Below, piece after piece: positions 28,924 to 38,832 of a stretch of 64,000 bases of DNA; the first letter of the stretch is position 1, and the number at the start of each line of letters is the position of its first letter. This DNA comes from Phycisphaeraceae bacterium (lineage in GTDB: Bacteria > Planctomycetota > Phycisphaerae > Phycisphaerales > Phycisphaeraceae), in assembly GCA_963674705.1 (NCBI GenBank), contig OY771506.1:1312001-1376000 (forward strand), given 5' to 3'. Below the pieces are notes generated by a model. That model was not told where the DNA came from. It did not search any database and worked only from the letters and a program-made list of their open reading frames with translations. The position numbers were made by a program, and so were the translations under genes.

Positions 28924-28965
28924 TTTTGATGATATGAGGTTGTGACGATTTGAAAACATGAAGAT

Positions 28966-29077
28966 ACCCGGCCCTTCGCTTCGCTCAGAACCGGCGTTGG
29001 GGGGAGTGAAGCCGTTAGCCATTAGTCGCTAGCCATTAGCAATACGATTCATCCGATACCCGATACCCGATACCCGA
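28966..29077. repeat. 38-nt dispersed repeat, copy 2, followed by degenerate heptamers
   Basis: Identical to 4024-4061; followed by TAGCCAT-like and CCGATAC heptamer runs. Confidence 0.9.
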
Positions 29078-30763
29078 ATGACAGTGACCGCCCTGATACC
29101 GGTAGACCTTGAGACGAGTCGGCTGGGGCTGCGCGCTCGGTTAGCAGATAAACTTGGTAAATTCAATATCTTAGAGCACACTTTGCGGCGTGTTGCGGCC
29201 ATCGATCGTGTGGAGAAATTGGTGCTCATCCACCCGCCGGGGCAGGACCCGCAGTCGATTATCGATCAGGATCGACTCAAGCTCGGTAAGCCGGTCGTCA
29301 ATCACTTGGAGGCAGGCGGCTTGCGCGATGCGATGACGGACCATTGGGTCTCGAGCCGGCGGTGGTCGCAGCCGAACTGGCGCGGCGGTCTGGGCAGCAC
29401 TACCACATATGATGAACTCTTACCACCGGGCGGGTTATCCACCGCTCTACATGCGCATGAAGCCGACTGTGCGCTAGTCGTGCGCGCCGATTGGTGCCTG
29501 GTTTGCCCCAAGCTGGCGGGCGCTCAACTGGACCTTTTGTTCCAGGACCCGGACGCGATGAAGATGATCTTCACGCAAGCGCCGCCCGGCCTGTCGGGGA
29601 TCGCGGTGACCCAGCAGATCCTCGATCAACTCCATGAACAGTCGGCCTGCTTCGGGGACGTCATTGCGTACAGCCCGATCAAACCGCAGATCGATCCGGT
29701 CGGCCGGGATGTGAACTGCCCGATCCTTGCGTCGGTGCGCGACACGACCGAGCGATTCATCTACGACACGCCGCGCAGCATCGCGTTGATCCAGCGAATC
29801 GCAAAGCGGCTTGGCGATGATCTGCTTGATGCGGATACGAAAGCGGTTACGGATGCGTGTCGCGCAATCAAGAGCGAAGACCCGAGCTGGGTGTATCAGT
29901 GGCTGCCGCGGATGGTGACGCTTGAGTTGACGCCGCGCCGTGAAGTAAACGGCCCGGTTACGCCGCAGCATCATGTGACTTTTGAACGGCCGGACCTTGA
30001 TACGGATTTAGCGCTGCGGATTATCGAGCAGATCGCTGATGAAGAATCGGGCGGTGATGTGACGCTGCTGCTGGGCGGGCTCGGTGATGCGATGCTGCAC
30101 CCGCAGTGGCAGCGGATCGTTAACGCCGCCAAAGAAGCGGGTGTGTTCGGCGTTGGGATCGAGACGGATCTACTCGGTGAACAGGATGAAGTCGGGAAGC
30201 TGCTTGATCTGCCTTTGGACCTGGTTCTGGTTCGTTACAACGCAGACACAGCCGAGACATACAAGAAGACGATGGGCGTGGATCGGTACAAGCGTGTGCT
30301 TGAGAACCTGCAGTGGTTGTACGATCAGAAGATCAAACGTTCGCCGACGAACAAGGATGTGCGTGGCGTGATGCCCTGGCTTGTGCCTTCGATGGTGAAG
30401 ACAGCGGACACGTTGCCAGAGTTGGAGAGTTTCTTCGATAAGTGGTCGCACTACATGGGCCACGCTGTGATCGCGCCGGCATGCGAGGGTTGCGGGTTGA
30501 TGCCTGCGATGAGCCCGGTGCCGATGACGCCGCCCGATCGGCGCGTGTGTCTACAGATCACACGTCGGATGACGATCCTGTCGGACGGGATGGTGGCGCG
30601 CTGCGACCAGGACTGGTTAGCAAGAGCACCGATCGGTGATACGCGGGCGCAGACGTTGATGGATATCTGGCAAGGTTCGCGCGAAGTGGCGGAGGCACAT
30701 GCGGCGAAGCGGTTCAGTGAATTGACGATCTGCGGGGAATGCGGTGAGTGGCATCGGCCATGA
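29078..30763 (+). CDS. Cytidylyltransferase-like + degenerate radical SAM + SPASM domain protein
   Basis: SRL...LEHTLRR...RAD N-terminal domain; GLGDAMLHP radical-SAM-like core lacking CxxxCxxC; C-terminal CLQ...SDG...CDQD...CGEC. Confidence 0.78.
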   Translation: MTVTALIPVDLETSRLGLRARLADKLGKFNILEHTLRRVAAIDRVEKLVLIHPPGQDPQSIIDQDRLKLGKPVVNHLEAGGLRDAMTDHWVSSRRWSQPNWRGGLGSTTTYDELLPPGGLSTALHAHEADCALVVRADWCLVCPKLAGAQLDLLFQDPDAMKMIFTQAPPGLSGIAVTQQILDQLHEQSACFGDVIAYSPIKPQIDPVGRDVNCPILASVRDTTERFIYDTPRSIALIQRIAKRLGDDLLDADTKAVTDACRAIKSEDPSWVYQWLPRMVTLELTPRREVNGPVTPQHHVTFERPDLDTDLALRIIEQIADEESGGDVTLLLGGLGDAMLHPQWQRIVNAAKEAGVFGVGIETDLLGEQDEVGKLLDLPLDLVLVRYNADTAETYKKTMGVDRYKRVLENLQWLYDQKIKRSPTNKDVRGVMPWLVPSMVKTADTLPELESFFDKWSHYMGHAVIAPACEGCGLMPAMSPVPMTPPDRRVCLQITRRMTILSDGMVARCDQDWLARAPIGDTRAQTLMDIWQGSREVAEAHAAKRFSELTICGECGEWHRP

Positions 30764-30776
30764 GTCTGGGGTTGTT

Positions 30777-31038
30777 CACCGCAGAGGACGCTGAGAACGC
30801 AGAGAAGAAAAGAATAGGATGAAAATGTTATCCACAGATTGCGCAGATTACGCAGATTTAGGATGAGGTTGTTCGGTCCCTTCTCCCCTTGGGAGAAGGT
30901 TAGGATGAGGGCCGGGTTGATTATGCGAGCTAATAAAACCGGACACACAAAGACATCGGCCCTCACCCCGGCCCTCTCCCAAGGGGAGAGGGGGTTAGCG
31001 TTTTCTTCTTCTCCGCGATCTCTGCGTCCTCTGCGGTG
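30777..31038. repeat. Nested repeats: family D pair enclosing a family C arm and an empty family A doublet (30878-30994)
   Basis: CACCGCAGAG...CTCTGCGGTG outer inverted pair. Confidence 0.88.
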
Positions 31039-31069
31039 AAACTCTGTTAGTTTTAGAAAGTGAAATCAG

Positions 31070-31786
31070 ATGAGCACACTGACGGTCATATTGGCGCGGG
31101 CGGGCAGCAAGGGGTTGCCGGGGAAGAACGCGCTGGAGGTGGCGGGGCGGCCGATGTTGGCGTGGACGATCGAACACGCGATCAACTCGCAACGATCCGG
31201 GCGGATTGTTTTGTCAACGGACGGCGAAGAGCTTGCGCAGGTCGGGCGGTCGATGGGGATCGGTGTGGTGCTTCGGCCTCAGGCGTATGCCAACGATACC
31301 GCGACGGTCGATAGCGCAGCGCGTCACGCGGTGCAGACGATCGAGTCGCGCACCGGCAAACGCTTCAAGAACATCGTGATCCTCTACGGCAACATCCCGG
31401 TCAGGCCCGTCGACCTGACGGACCGTGCGGTGACGAAGCTGATCGATACGGGTTGCGACAGCGTGCAGAGCGTGTACCCGGTTGAGAAGATGCACCCGTA
31501 CTGGATGAAGAAGCTTGGCGATAGCGATGAGCTATTGATGTACGAAGAAAACGAGGTGTATCGTCGTCAGGATTTGCCACCGGTGTACATGCTGGATGGC
31601 GGGATCATTGCGGTGAAAAGGCGGAGTTTGTTTACGGAAGATCTGAGTAAGCCGCACAACTTTCTGGGCAAGGACCGCCGGGCGATCGTGACGGAGCCGG
31701 GCGATGTGATTGATATTGATAGCCGGATGGATCTGCGTTTGGCGGAGCTGGTTTTGATAGAGCGTCGAAAGAGTTCGGTGGCGTAG
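31070..31786 (+). CDS. neuA: Acylneuraminate (CMP-nonulosonate) cytidylyltransferase
   Basis: ARAGSKGLPGKN, STD, RP, RRQDLP and DID motifs. Confidence 0.92.
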   Translation: MSTLTVILARAGSKGLPGKNALEVAGRPMLAWTIEHAINSQRSGRIVLSTDGEELAQVGRSMGIGVVLRPQAYANDTATVDSAARHAVQTIESRTGKRFKNIVILYGNIPVRPVDLTDRAVTKLIDTGCDSVQSVYPVEKMHPYWMKKLGDSDELLMYEENEVYRRQDLPPVYMLDGGIIAVKRRSLFTEDLSKPHNFLGKDRRAIVTEPGDVIDIDSRMDLRLAELVLIERRKSSVA

Positions 31787-31788
31787 GT

Positions 31789-32874
31789 ATGCCGAGCAAG
31801 CGCAAGACGATTGCCGTGGTGACGGGCAGCCGGGCTGAGAGCGGGCTGCTTTTGAGCACGATGCGTGCGATCGAGGCGCATCCCGATTTAACGTTGAAGG
31901 TGATTGTCGCGGGTTCGCACTTTGTGCAGTGCTCGTGGCGCGATCTGCGTGATGCGGGTCTGCCGATCGATGCGAAGGTGCGGATGCAGGTGAAGGGGAA
32001 GTCCGGGCGCGTTGCGGATTGCGAAGCGCTTGGGCGCGGGGTGATCGGATTCGGTAAGGCGTATGCGGCGTCAAAGCCTGACATCGTGTTGATGCTTGGT
32101 GATCGTGTGGAGGTGCTGGCGGCGGCAAGCGCGGCGACGGTGGCGGGCGTGCGGATCGCGCATGTGCATGGCGGGGATCGTGCGGAGGGGTTAGCTGACG
32201 AAGCGATACGCCATAGTGTGAGTAAGTTGGCGCAGGTGCATTTTGCGGCAACGGCGCTAAGCCGCAAGCGGCTTGTGCGGATGGGGGAAGATGAAGGGGT
32301 GGTTTGGTGTGTGGGGTCGCCGGCGGTGGATGGGCTTGATGATGTTGTTGCGGATGAAAATGCACCGCAGTTGACCGTGATGTATCACCCGACATCGGGG
32401 GATGCGAAGGTTGAAGCGGGTGTGATGAAGGCGATTCTATCGGCGACGCGTGGGTATGAACGGATCGTCATGATGCCGAACCTTGATGCGGGGGGTGAAG
32501 GGATACGTAGTGCGATCAAGTCGGCGAAAGTGAAGCCGGTGGAGCATCTGCCGCGCGATCGGTTTTTGTCTTTGCTTAAAGGTTGCAAAGCGATTGTGGG
32601 GAATTCGTCGGCGGGATTGATTGAGGCGGCGGCGCTGCATGTACCTTGTGTGAACATCGGGCCGAGGCAGAACGGGCGGGAGAAGCCGGGGAATGTGATT
32701 GATTGCGGGGCGAGTCAGGTTGCGATCGAGCATGCATTGCAGAAGGCGTTGAGTTTTGATTTACGACGGATGGGGCATCCTTACGGGGATGGGCATGCGG
32801 GGGAGAAGATCGCGGGCATCCTGGCTAAGGCTGATCTTTCGGATATTCCTTTGCGGAAGCGGAATGCGTATTAG
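31789..32874 (+). CDS. neuC: UDP-N-acetylglucosamine 2-epimerase (hydrolysing)
   Basis: VTGSRAE, LGDRVE, HVHGGD, DEAIRH, GNSSAG, RQNGRE and PYGDG motifs. Confidence 0.92.
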   Translation: MPSKRKTIAVVTGSRAESGLLLSTMRAIEAHPDLTLKVIVAGSHFVQCSWRDLRDAGLPIDAKVRMQVKGKSGRVADCEALGRGVIGFGKAYAASKPDIVLMLGDRVEVLAAASAATVAGVRIAHVHGGDRAEGLADEAIRHSVSKLAQVHFAATALSRKRLVRMGEDEGVVWCVGSPAVDGLDDVVADENAPQLTVMYHPTSGDAKVEAGVMKAILSATRGYERIVMMPNLDAGGEGIRSAIKSAKVKPVEHLPRDRFLSLLKGCKAIVGNSSAGLIEAAALHVPCVNIGPRQNGREKPGNVIDCGASQVAIEHALQKALSFDLRRMGHPYGDGHAGEKIAGILAKADLSDIPLRKRNAY

Positions 32875-32886
32875 CATGAGGAATTA

Positions 32887-33139
32887 GCCACCGATGAACA
32901 CGGATGAACACGGATAAGAGGTTTATCCGCAGATTACGCAGATCGTGCAGATTTTTAAAAACAAAATGAATTCTTAATCTGCGACATCCGCGTAATCTGC
33001 GGATAGTTCCTGTCTTCTGCCTTTTTATCTGTGTTCATCGGTGTTAATCGGTGGCTAAACACCTTTTGAAACACGCAACGCATAATCAATCCGGCCCTCT
33101 CCCGGGGGGAGAGGGGGTAAGACGCTAAGCCGCGAGCGG
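32887..33139. repeat. Nested B/C repeat cluster, a family A arm and a GCCGCRAGCGG repeat
   Basis: Same B>C>...<C<B architecture as 8411-8584. GACGCTAAGCCGCGAGCGG resembles 127-149 and 51292-51314. Confidence 0.85.
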
Positions 33140-33165
33140 TTTTGGGGGGCAATTTTTTTTATATG

Positions 33166-33194
33166 GGAACCCGGGGGTGAACCGGGGCGTCGAA
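33166..33194 (+). promoter_or_regulatory. ECF sigma factor promoter
   Basis: GGAACC-N16-CGTCGAA, 84 nt upstream of the vWA gene. Confidence 0.6.
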
Positions 33195-33277
33195 GGGGGA
33201 GTCCGGGGTATTACATGTGAGTTGTTGCCTGCCGGTGTCGGCGGGTTGGTTGTCCATTTTTGTGAAAGGGGCCTGCG

Positions 33278-34441
33278 ATGCGACATGGGATGATTTGGGT
33301 GTCGGCGTGCCTGGTGTGCGTATTGGTGTTCCAATCGATGGCTGGGGCGCAGCAGCAGAAAGCGGGGCCGATCAAGCAACCGAGGCCGGCGGTGGATGTG
33401 GCGATCTTACTGGACACGAGCAACTCCATGGACGGGCTGATCGAACAAGCCAAGGGGCAATTGTGGACGATCGTGAACGAGTTTGCCGCGGCGAAACGTC
33501 ATGGGCTGACGCCGGTGCTGCGTGTGGCGCTATTTGAGTATGGGAACACGAACCTGCCTGCGAGCGAGGGATACATCCGGCAGGTGGTGCCTTTGACGGA
33601 CGATCTGGATTCGTTGAGCGAAGCGTTATTTGCGTTGACGACCAACGGCGGGGATGAGTATTGCGGGCAGGTGATTGATGAGGCGATCAAGCGACTGGAC
33701 TGGACGAAGGAGCCGAACGCATACAAGGCGATTTTCATCGCGGGCAATGAGCCGTTCACGCAAGGGCCGGTCGATTACAAGCAGGCGTGCGGGTATGCGA
33801 TCCAGAACGGCGTGATCGTGAACACGATCCACTGTGGTGATTACCAGACGGGGATCAAGGGGATGTGGCAGCACGGCGCGTCACTGGCCGAGGGCAACTA
33901 TATGAACATCAACCAGGACGAGGCGGTCGTGCATATCGATGCGCCGCAGGATGCGGAACTGATCAGGCTGAATATCGAACTGAACGCAACATACTTGTGG
34001 TACGGCAAAACGGGCAGGGCGGCCGGGGCGCGTCAGGAAGCACAGGACCGTAATGCGATGAGTTTCGGCAGCTCGAATGCGGCGAACCGAGCCGGGAGCA
34101 AGGCGTCGAGCGTGTACAACAACAGTGCGACCGACCTGGTCGACGCGGTAGATGCGCAAGAGGTTGATCTGGCTAAGGTCGACGAGGCGGATCTGCCCGA
34201 AGCAATGAAGGATATGACGGCGGAACAGCGCGGGGCGTATGTCGCTAAACAGGCGCAGAAGCGAGCCGAGATCAAGAAGAAGATCCTGGAACTGACCGCG
34301 GCGCGTGATACGTATGTCGCGGAGCAGCGCAAGAAGATTGCAGAAGACGGCGACGCGACGCTGGGCGACGTGATGGTGACATCCGTGCGTGAGCAGTTGC
34401 AGGCGGCGGAGTTTGATGTCAAGGACGATGCAACCGAGTGA
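33278..34441 (+). CDS. Secreted vWA domain protein
   Basis: Signal peptide, LLDTSNSM MIDAS motif, GGDEYCG, AGNEPF. Confidence 0.88.
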   Translation: MRHGMIWVSACLVCVLVFQSMAGAQQQKAGPIKQPRPAVDVAILLDTSNSMDGLIEQAKGQLWTIVNEFAAAKRHGLTPVLRVALFEYGNTNLPASEGYIRQVVPLTDDLDSLSEALFALTTNGGDEYCGQVIDEAIKRLDWTKEPNAYKAIFIAGNEPFTQGPVDYKQACGYAIQNGVIVNTIHCGDYQTGIKGMWQHGASLAEGNYMNINQDEAVVHIDAPQDAELIRLNIELNATYLWYGKTGRAAGARQEAQDRNAMSFGSSNAANRAGSKASSVYNNSATDLVDAVDAQEVDLAKVDEADLPEAMKDMTAEQRGAYVAKQAQKRAEIKKKILELTAARDTYVAEQRKKIAEDGDATLGDVMVTSVREQLQAAEFDVKDDATE

Positions 34442-34442
34442 G

Positions 34443-35651
34443 TTACGCGGAGAGCGCGGAGGACGCTTCCTCGGGTTTGGGTAGCGCGTTGGGGCGTTCG
34501 AAGTTGTACTCGGCGACGTTGAAGCCGTCGCACTGCGTGATGAACAGGCGCGGGGATTGCTCGGCGAGGTTGATGAGTTGACCCAGCGGCAGGTCTTCAC
34601 GTGTCAGGGCGCCGGGGTCGGGGATTAACTGGATGATCGGTCGGCACGGCCGCAGGGGGTGATGATCAATCACAACGGCGTGCCGGCCGTCATTTAATAC
34701 GACGATCGAACCGGGCGCGTAAGGCGGGACGACGCACAGCAGCGCGTCGAGCACCTGCGGATCGTAGCGCTGTATGAGTGGCGATTCGAGCATGCATCGT
34801 AGCGCCCAGACGGTGGGTTGCGCCGGGCAGTTGGGTGGGTTGCGCAGGCGGTCGAACTGATCGGCGACGGTGACGATCCGCGTGAAGACGTGGATGCGCT
34901 TCTGGTACATCACGGGGAAGCCTTTGCCGGCGAATCCTGTGCCGTCGTAGTGTTGATGGTGATGCAGGACGGTGGAGGCGGCGGTGGCGCTGACGTTGCC
35001 GCGGACCAGGCGGTAGCCGAGTGCGGGATGTTCGCGCCAGGCGGGGTCGGACTCGTCGCCGGTTTCGTAGTATTTTTGTCGGACGGCTTCGGGCAAGAGC
35101 GTCATGCCGATATCGTGCAGCATCGCGCCGATGCCGAGGTTCACGACTTCGGCGGCGCGTGTGGGGTCGACGTGTTTTCGTTCGCGGACGAGATAGCCTT
35201 CGAGTTTCAGGCCCATCAGCAGCGCCAGGTAAGTGACGCTGGAGCTGTGGCGCATCAGATCATCGTCGGACTCGTTAAGGTCGCCGAGGAACACGGCGGA
35301 CTGGGGATGTGTGATCAGTTGATGGACGAGTTCACCGATGGACTTGGTGTACAGGTGGTACGGGAGCTTGGCCGAGGCCTGGCTCTGCATGTTCTGGAAG
35401 GTCTTGGTGATCTGGCCTGCGACGGCGGTCTGTGACTGGATGGTTTCCTGGTTGATGACGTCGGCGAGGAAGGAGAGGCTAGGGTAACCGACCCAGAGCG
35501 TTCGGACGCGCAGGGCGATGAGCTTGTTGATGGTTTCGATCGAGAGTTTGTACCCGACGCGCAGCAGCAGGCGTGTAGGCGCTTCGGGCAACTGCACGGG
35601 CAGCGCTAGCGTCATGCCTGGTTTGGCGTTACGGGTTTCGATTCGAAGCAT
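34443..35651 (-). CDS. HD-GYP-type phosphohydrolase
   Basis: PGMTLA start, RHS, LHDIG, EHP, HHQHYDGTGF, VADQFD. Confidence 0.85.
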   Translation of the reverse strand: MLRIETRNAKPGMTLALPVQLPEAPTRLLLRVGYKLSIETINKLIALRVRTLWVGYPSLSFLADVINQETIQSQTAVAGQITKTFQNMQSQASAKLPYHLYTKSIGELVHQLITHPQSAVFLGDLNESDDDLMRHSSSVTYLALLMGLKLEGYLVRERKHVDPTRAAEVVNLGIGAMLHDIGMTLLPEAVRQKYYETGDESDPAWREHPALGYRLVRGNVSATAASTVLHHHQHYDGTGFAGKGFPVMYQKRIHVFTRIVTVADQFDRLRNPPNCPAQPTVWALRCMLESPLIQRYDPQVLDALLCVVPPYAPGSIVVLNDGRHAVVIDHHPLRPCRPIIQLIPDPGALTREDLPLGQLINLAEQSPRLFITQCDGFNVAEYNFERPNALPKPEEASSALSA

Positions 35652-35905
35652 AGTTCTCCCCTGCCGTCTCCACTAGAGACTTCGGCTATCGGAGGTGGTG
35701 CCTTGACGGTCCGGCAAGGTTGATGGGTCGTATCGGGGGGCGTCGTGGGCGGTAGAATGGGCGTAATCAATTGAGACGGTCTAATCGTTATAACCGTTAC
35801 AAACGGACTTCAGGCTAATTCATGGGGGTCCGATGCTGCACGGACGGCCAATAACCGATATGCTTGATACGTTAACCTCTTGAGCGGGAACACTGGAGGT
35901 GTTTG

Positions 35906-36376
35906 ATGCATGACGATCAACAGATGTTGGAACTGGCGGCGCGTGTGATCAGCGAGTCGTTCGTGGGTGTGTTTACCACGACGGACACGAACGCTGCGCC
36001 GTTCAGCCGATGGATGGGTGCCGTGGCCGAAGACGAGGGCTTGCACCGGCTCTATAGCCTCAGCGCCAAGGATACGCGCAAGATCCAGCACCTGGAGAAG
36101 AACCCGGCGATCAGTTGGGTGTTCGGTGTGCCGCCGTACGACACGACGGTGATGCTGCGGGGCCGAGCGCATTGTGCCGAGACACCGAACGTGCCCCAGC
36201 CGACGTGGGACCGCCTGGCGGACTGGGCCCGGCCGTATGCGGCGAACGTGTTGACGGATGACTCACACTACAGTTTCTCGGTGATCGTTTCAGATATCCA
36301 CACGGTCGAGCTGCTGAGCCCGAAGATGGGGATCAAGTCGCCGCACGTGATCAAGCTGGACAAGCTGGCGGAATAG
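35906..36376 (+). CDS. Pyridoxamine 5'-phosphate oxidase-like (general stress protein 26 type)
   Basis: PFSRWM, TRKIQHLEKNP, LRGRA split-barrel pattern; GGAGG RBS. Confidence 0.75.
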   Translation: MHDDQQMLELAARVISESFVGVFTTTDTNAAPFSRWMGAVAEDEGLHRLYSLSAKDTRKIQHLEKNPAISWVFGVPPYDTTVMLRGRAHCAETPNVPQPTWDRLADWARPYAANVLTDDSHYSFSVIVSDIHTVELLSPKMGIKSPHVIKLDKLAE

Positions 36377-36399
36377 GATCGGCAGCCATTAGCTAAGAG

Positions 36400-37332
36400 C
36401 TATGGGTTTTGTTGTGCGCTATCGTTGTTGTTGTGCGCGGCTGCCGGGGCGGGTTTGGGTTTATTTTTGTATTGGACCATGGCGACGGAGGCCAGGACAC
36501 CGAGCAGCGCGATGACCTGGCGGAACGTGATGGTTTCGTTGTCGACGCTTCCCCAGGCCAGTGCGCCGAGGGGGATGACGTACGTGACCATGCCTGCATA
36601 CAAGGGGCCGCGCGTCTGGACCATGTTGTAGAAGATGACGGTAGCGACACCTGTTCCGACGACACCGAGCCAGATTAATATCGCGGTAGCGGTGAGAAGT
36701 TGCGTGGTGGTAACGGGCTTCACGCCTTCGGTGCCGACACCGATGGGTGTGAGTACGATGCTTGAAAGACCGAGGATCATCGCCGTCATGTAGAGCGAGG
36801 GCATGTCGGAGAGTCTGCGTTTGATAAACGTATTGCTGCATGCGTAGCTGGTCGGCACGAGCACAGCAAGAGTCAGGTCCCACGCGGAGACGCCGCGCAA
36901 CCCGCCGTCGTGCATCAGCAGCATCATGCACACGAGCCCGAAGAGCACGCCGACCGCTTCGCGCCAAGTCGGGAGGATGCGCAGCATGGGTATGGAAACG
37001 ATCGCGGTTAACAACGGTACAAGCGCGGGCATCATGCCGAAGAAGGCGCTGTCCTGGTGTTTGGTTATCAGGTACGGCTGCATGGCGTAGGGGTAGCACG
37101 AGCCGATGATGACGGGTATGAGTAGCGCCACCCACTGAGCGCGTGTGGTCGTACTTGGCGCGCCCCGTGTTTTGGGGTTTGTGAAAAACCAGAAGAACCA
37201 GAGCACGACCGCCCCACCGAGCACCCGACCGGCGGCGATGCCGATCGGTCCGAACGCGGCGCCGGCCCACTTCATCAGGATGAAGTTGCTGCCCCAGATC
37301 AGGCAGATCATGATGAACAGCACGTGATGCAT
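36400..37332 (-). CDS. DMT/EamA family transporter
   Basis: IWGSNF, about 10 TM segments, LGVVGTG, VTYVIP. Confidence 0.9.
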   Translation of the reverse strand: MHHVLFIMICLIWGSNFILMKWAGAAFGPIGIAAGRVLGGAVVLWFFWFFTNPKTRGAPSTTTRAQWVALLIPVIIGSCYPYAMQPYLITKHQDSAFFGMMPALVPLLTAIVSIPMLRILPTWREAVGVLFGLVCMMLLMHDGGLRGVSAWDLTLAVLVPTSYACSNTFIKRRLSDMPSLYMTAMILGLSSIVLTPIGVGTEGVKPVTTTQLLTATAILIWLGVVGTGVATVIFYNMVQTRGPLYAGMVTYVIPLGALAWGSVDNETITFRQVIALLGVLASVAMVQYKNKPKPAPAAAHNNNDSAQQNP

Positions 37333-37625
37333 GCGTGTGGGTCCGTATCAGCGGGTGGTCAGCCGTGATTATGACGGCGTGAACGGTTCGTGTCTTAACG
37401 CGAGGGTGAGGCGTGCTAGCAGGTCGCCATACGCTTGTCAAGCGAAAAGCCTGCAATCCTAGGTGTTTTTAAGTGTTTTTGCGTTGTTCATATGTTGGGG
37501 ATGCGCGTTATGATTGTGACGTGCAATAAGTAGTAAGATATAGGGGTAGAAAAAAATTCATAAAGACGGCTCGCACAAGCCGGGGGATTCACGCTATATT
37601 AGCCGTCTGGTGGGAGCACCCGGAA

Positions 37626-38663
37626 TTGCGTAGAAGTCAAAAGCCCATAGTGATAGCCGCACGAACCAGCCCACTGGCGCGCGCGCAAGCAGAGCTTGTT
37701 GGACAAGCTTTAAATCGACTGCACCCGAAGATCGAGGTGCGTTATCAATTTGTACAGACACGCGGGGATGAACTTGAAGACCGTTCGCTGGCCGATCACG
37801 GCGGTAAAGGTCTGTTCACACGTGAAGTGGAACAGCTTTTGTTGACCGGTGACGCGGACCTGGCGGTCCACAGCCTCAAGGACCTGCCTGCGACGGATAC
37901 GACCGGCCTGTGCCTCGCGGCCGTGCCAAGGCGTAACGATGTACGGGATTGCCTGATCAGCGCCGATGGCGTTACATCGCTTGCGGACCTGCCTGAGGGT
38001 GCTGTCATCGGCACGGCGAGCCCGCGCCGGGCGTCTCAACTGCTGAAATTGCGGCCTGACCTGACGGTAGGCCTGTTGCGAGGCAATGTGCAGACACGCC
38101 TGGATAAGGTGCTCAATCCCCCGCAACCCAGACGATACGACGCGACGCTCATGGCGATTGCGGGCCTGAAACGCCTGGGGCTTGAACAGCACACGCAGCA
38201 CGCGATCCCCGTTGAGGACATCATGCCCTCGGCCTGTCAGGGAGCGCTGGCGGTGCAATGCCGGGCAAATGACCATGTAACGCTTACACGTTGCTTGCCG
38301 TTGAATAACCCCGAAGCGTCGACGGCGGTGCATGCCGAGCGTCAGGTGATCGCGGGTTTGGGTGCCAACTGCCACAGCCCGCTTGCTGTGCTGGCCGAGC
38401 AAGCCAAGCAGCCGCCGACGCCTGCTAAGCGCAATGCTGATGCCCACTGGTTCCGCCTGCGTATCCGCGTTCTTTCTGCCGATGGCAGCCAGTGCCTGGA
38501 AGTGGACGAGCAGGTCAAGACCAAGGACCTGCGTCGGCTGGTCAAGCAGTCGATCAAGGACCTGAAAGAACGTGGCGCCCGTGAATTGTTGAAGACCGGC
38601 CACGAGATCGCCCCCCTGCCGGTCGGTTCCGCGATCCAGGCGACAACGAATCAATCCGCCTAG
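37626..38663 (+). CDS. hemC: Hydroxymethylbilane synthase
   Basis: RTSPLARAQ, TRGD, GKGLFT, VHSLKDLP, RGNV; cofactor Cys in GANCHSP. Confidence 0.95.
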   Translation: MRRSQKPIVIAARTSPLARAQAELVGQALNRLHPKIEVRYQFVQTRGDELEDRSLADHGGKGLFTREVEQLLLTGDADLAVHSLKDLPATDTTGLCLAAVPRRNDVRDCLISADGVTSLADLPEGAVIGTASPRRASQLLKLRPDLTVGLLRGNVQTRLDKVLNPPQPRRYDATLMAIAGLKRLGLEQHTQHAIPVEDIMPSACQGALAVQCRANDHVTLTRCLPLNNPEASTAVHAERQVIAGLGANCHSPLAVLAEQAKQPPTPAKRNADAHWFRLRIRVLSADGSQCLEVDEQVKTKDLRRLVKQSIKDLKERGARELLKTGHEIAPLPVGSAIQATTNQSA

Positions 38664-38832
38664 GGCGTTTGCGGCCGGGCCCGAGCCTTGCCGATAAGTT
38701 AACGTAAATCCATGTGTAGAAAAGGTTTTCGGTTGACCATGTCCTGTGCGCACACAAGGATATCAAGGTCCGTTGGATTTCGTTATACTACCCGGCTCGC
38801 AATCATTCACCCCCTTATCTGGAGTTTTAACG

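Noticed and set aside
34443..35651. HD-GYP protein as an inactive variant (GF instead of GYP)
   Set aside because: The metal-binding H, HD, H, HH and D residues are present, and GYP-loop variation is common.
37710..38753. Long antisense ORFs (also 45212-46210, 57797-59026, 36461-37456)
   Set aside because: Shadow frames of well-supported genes in high-GC DNA.
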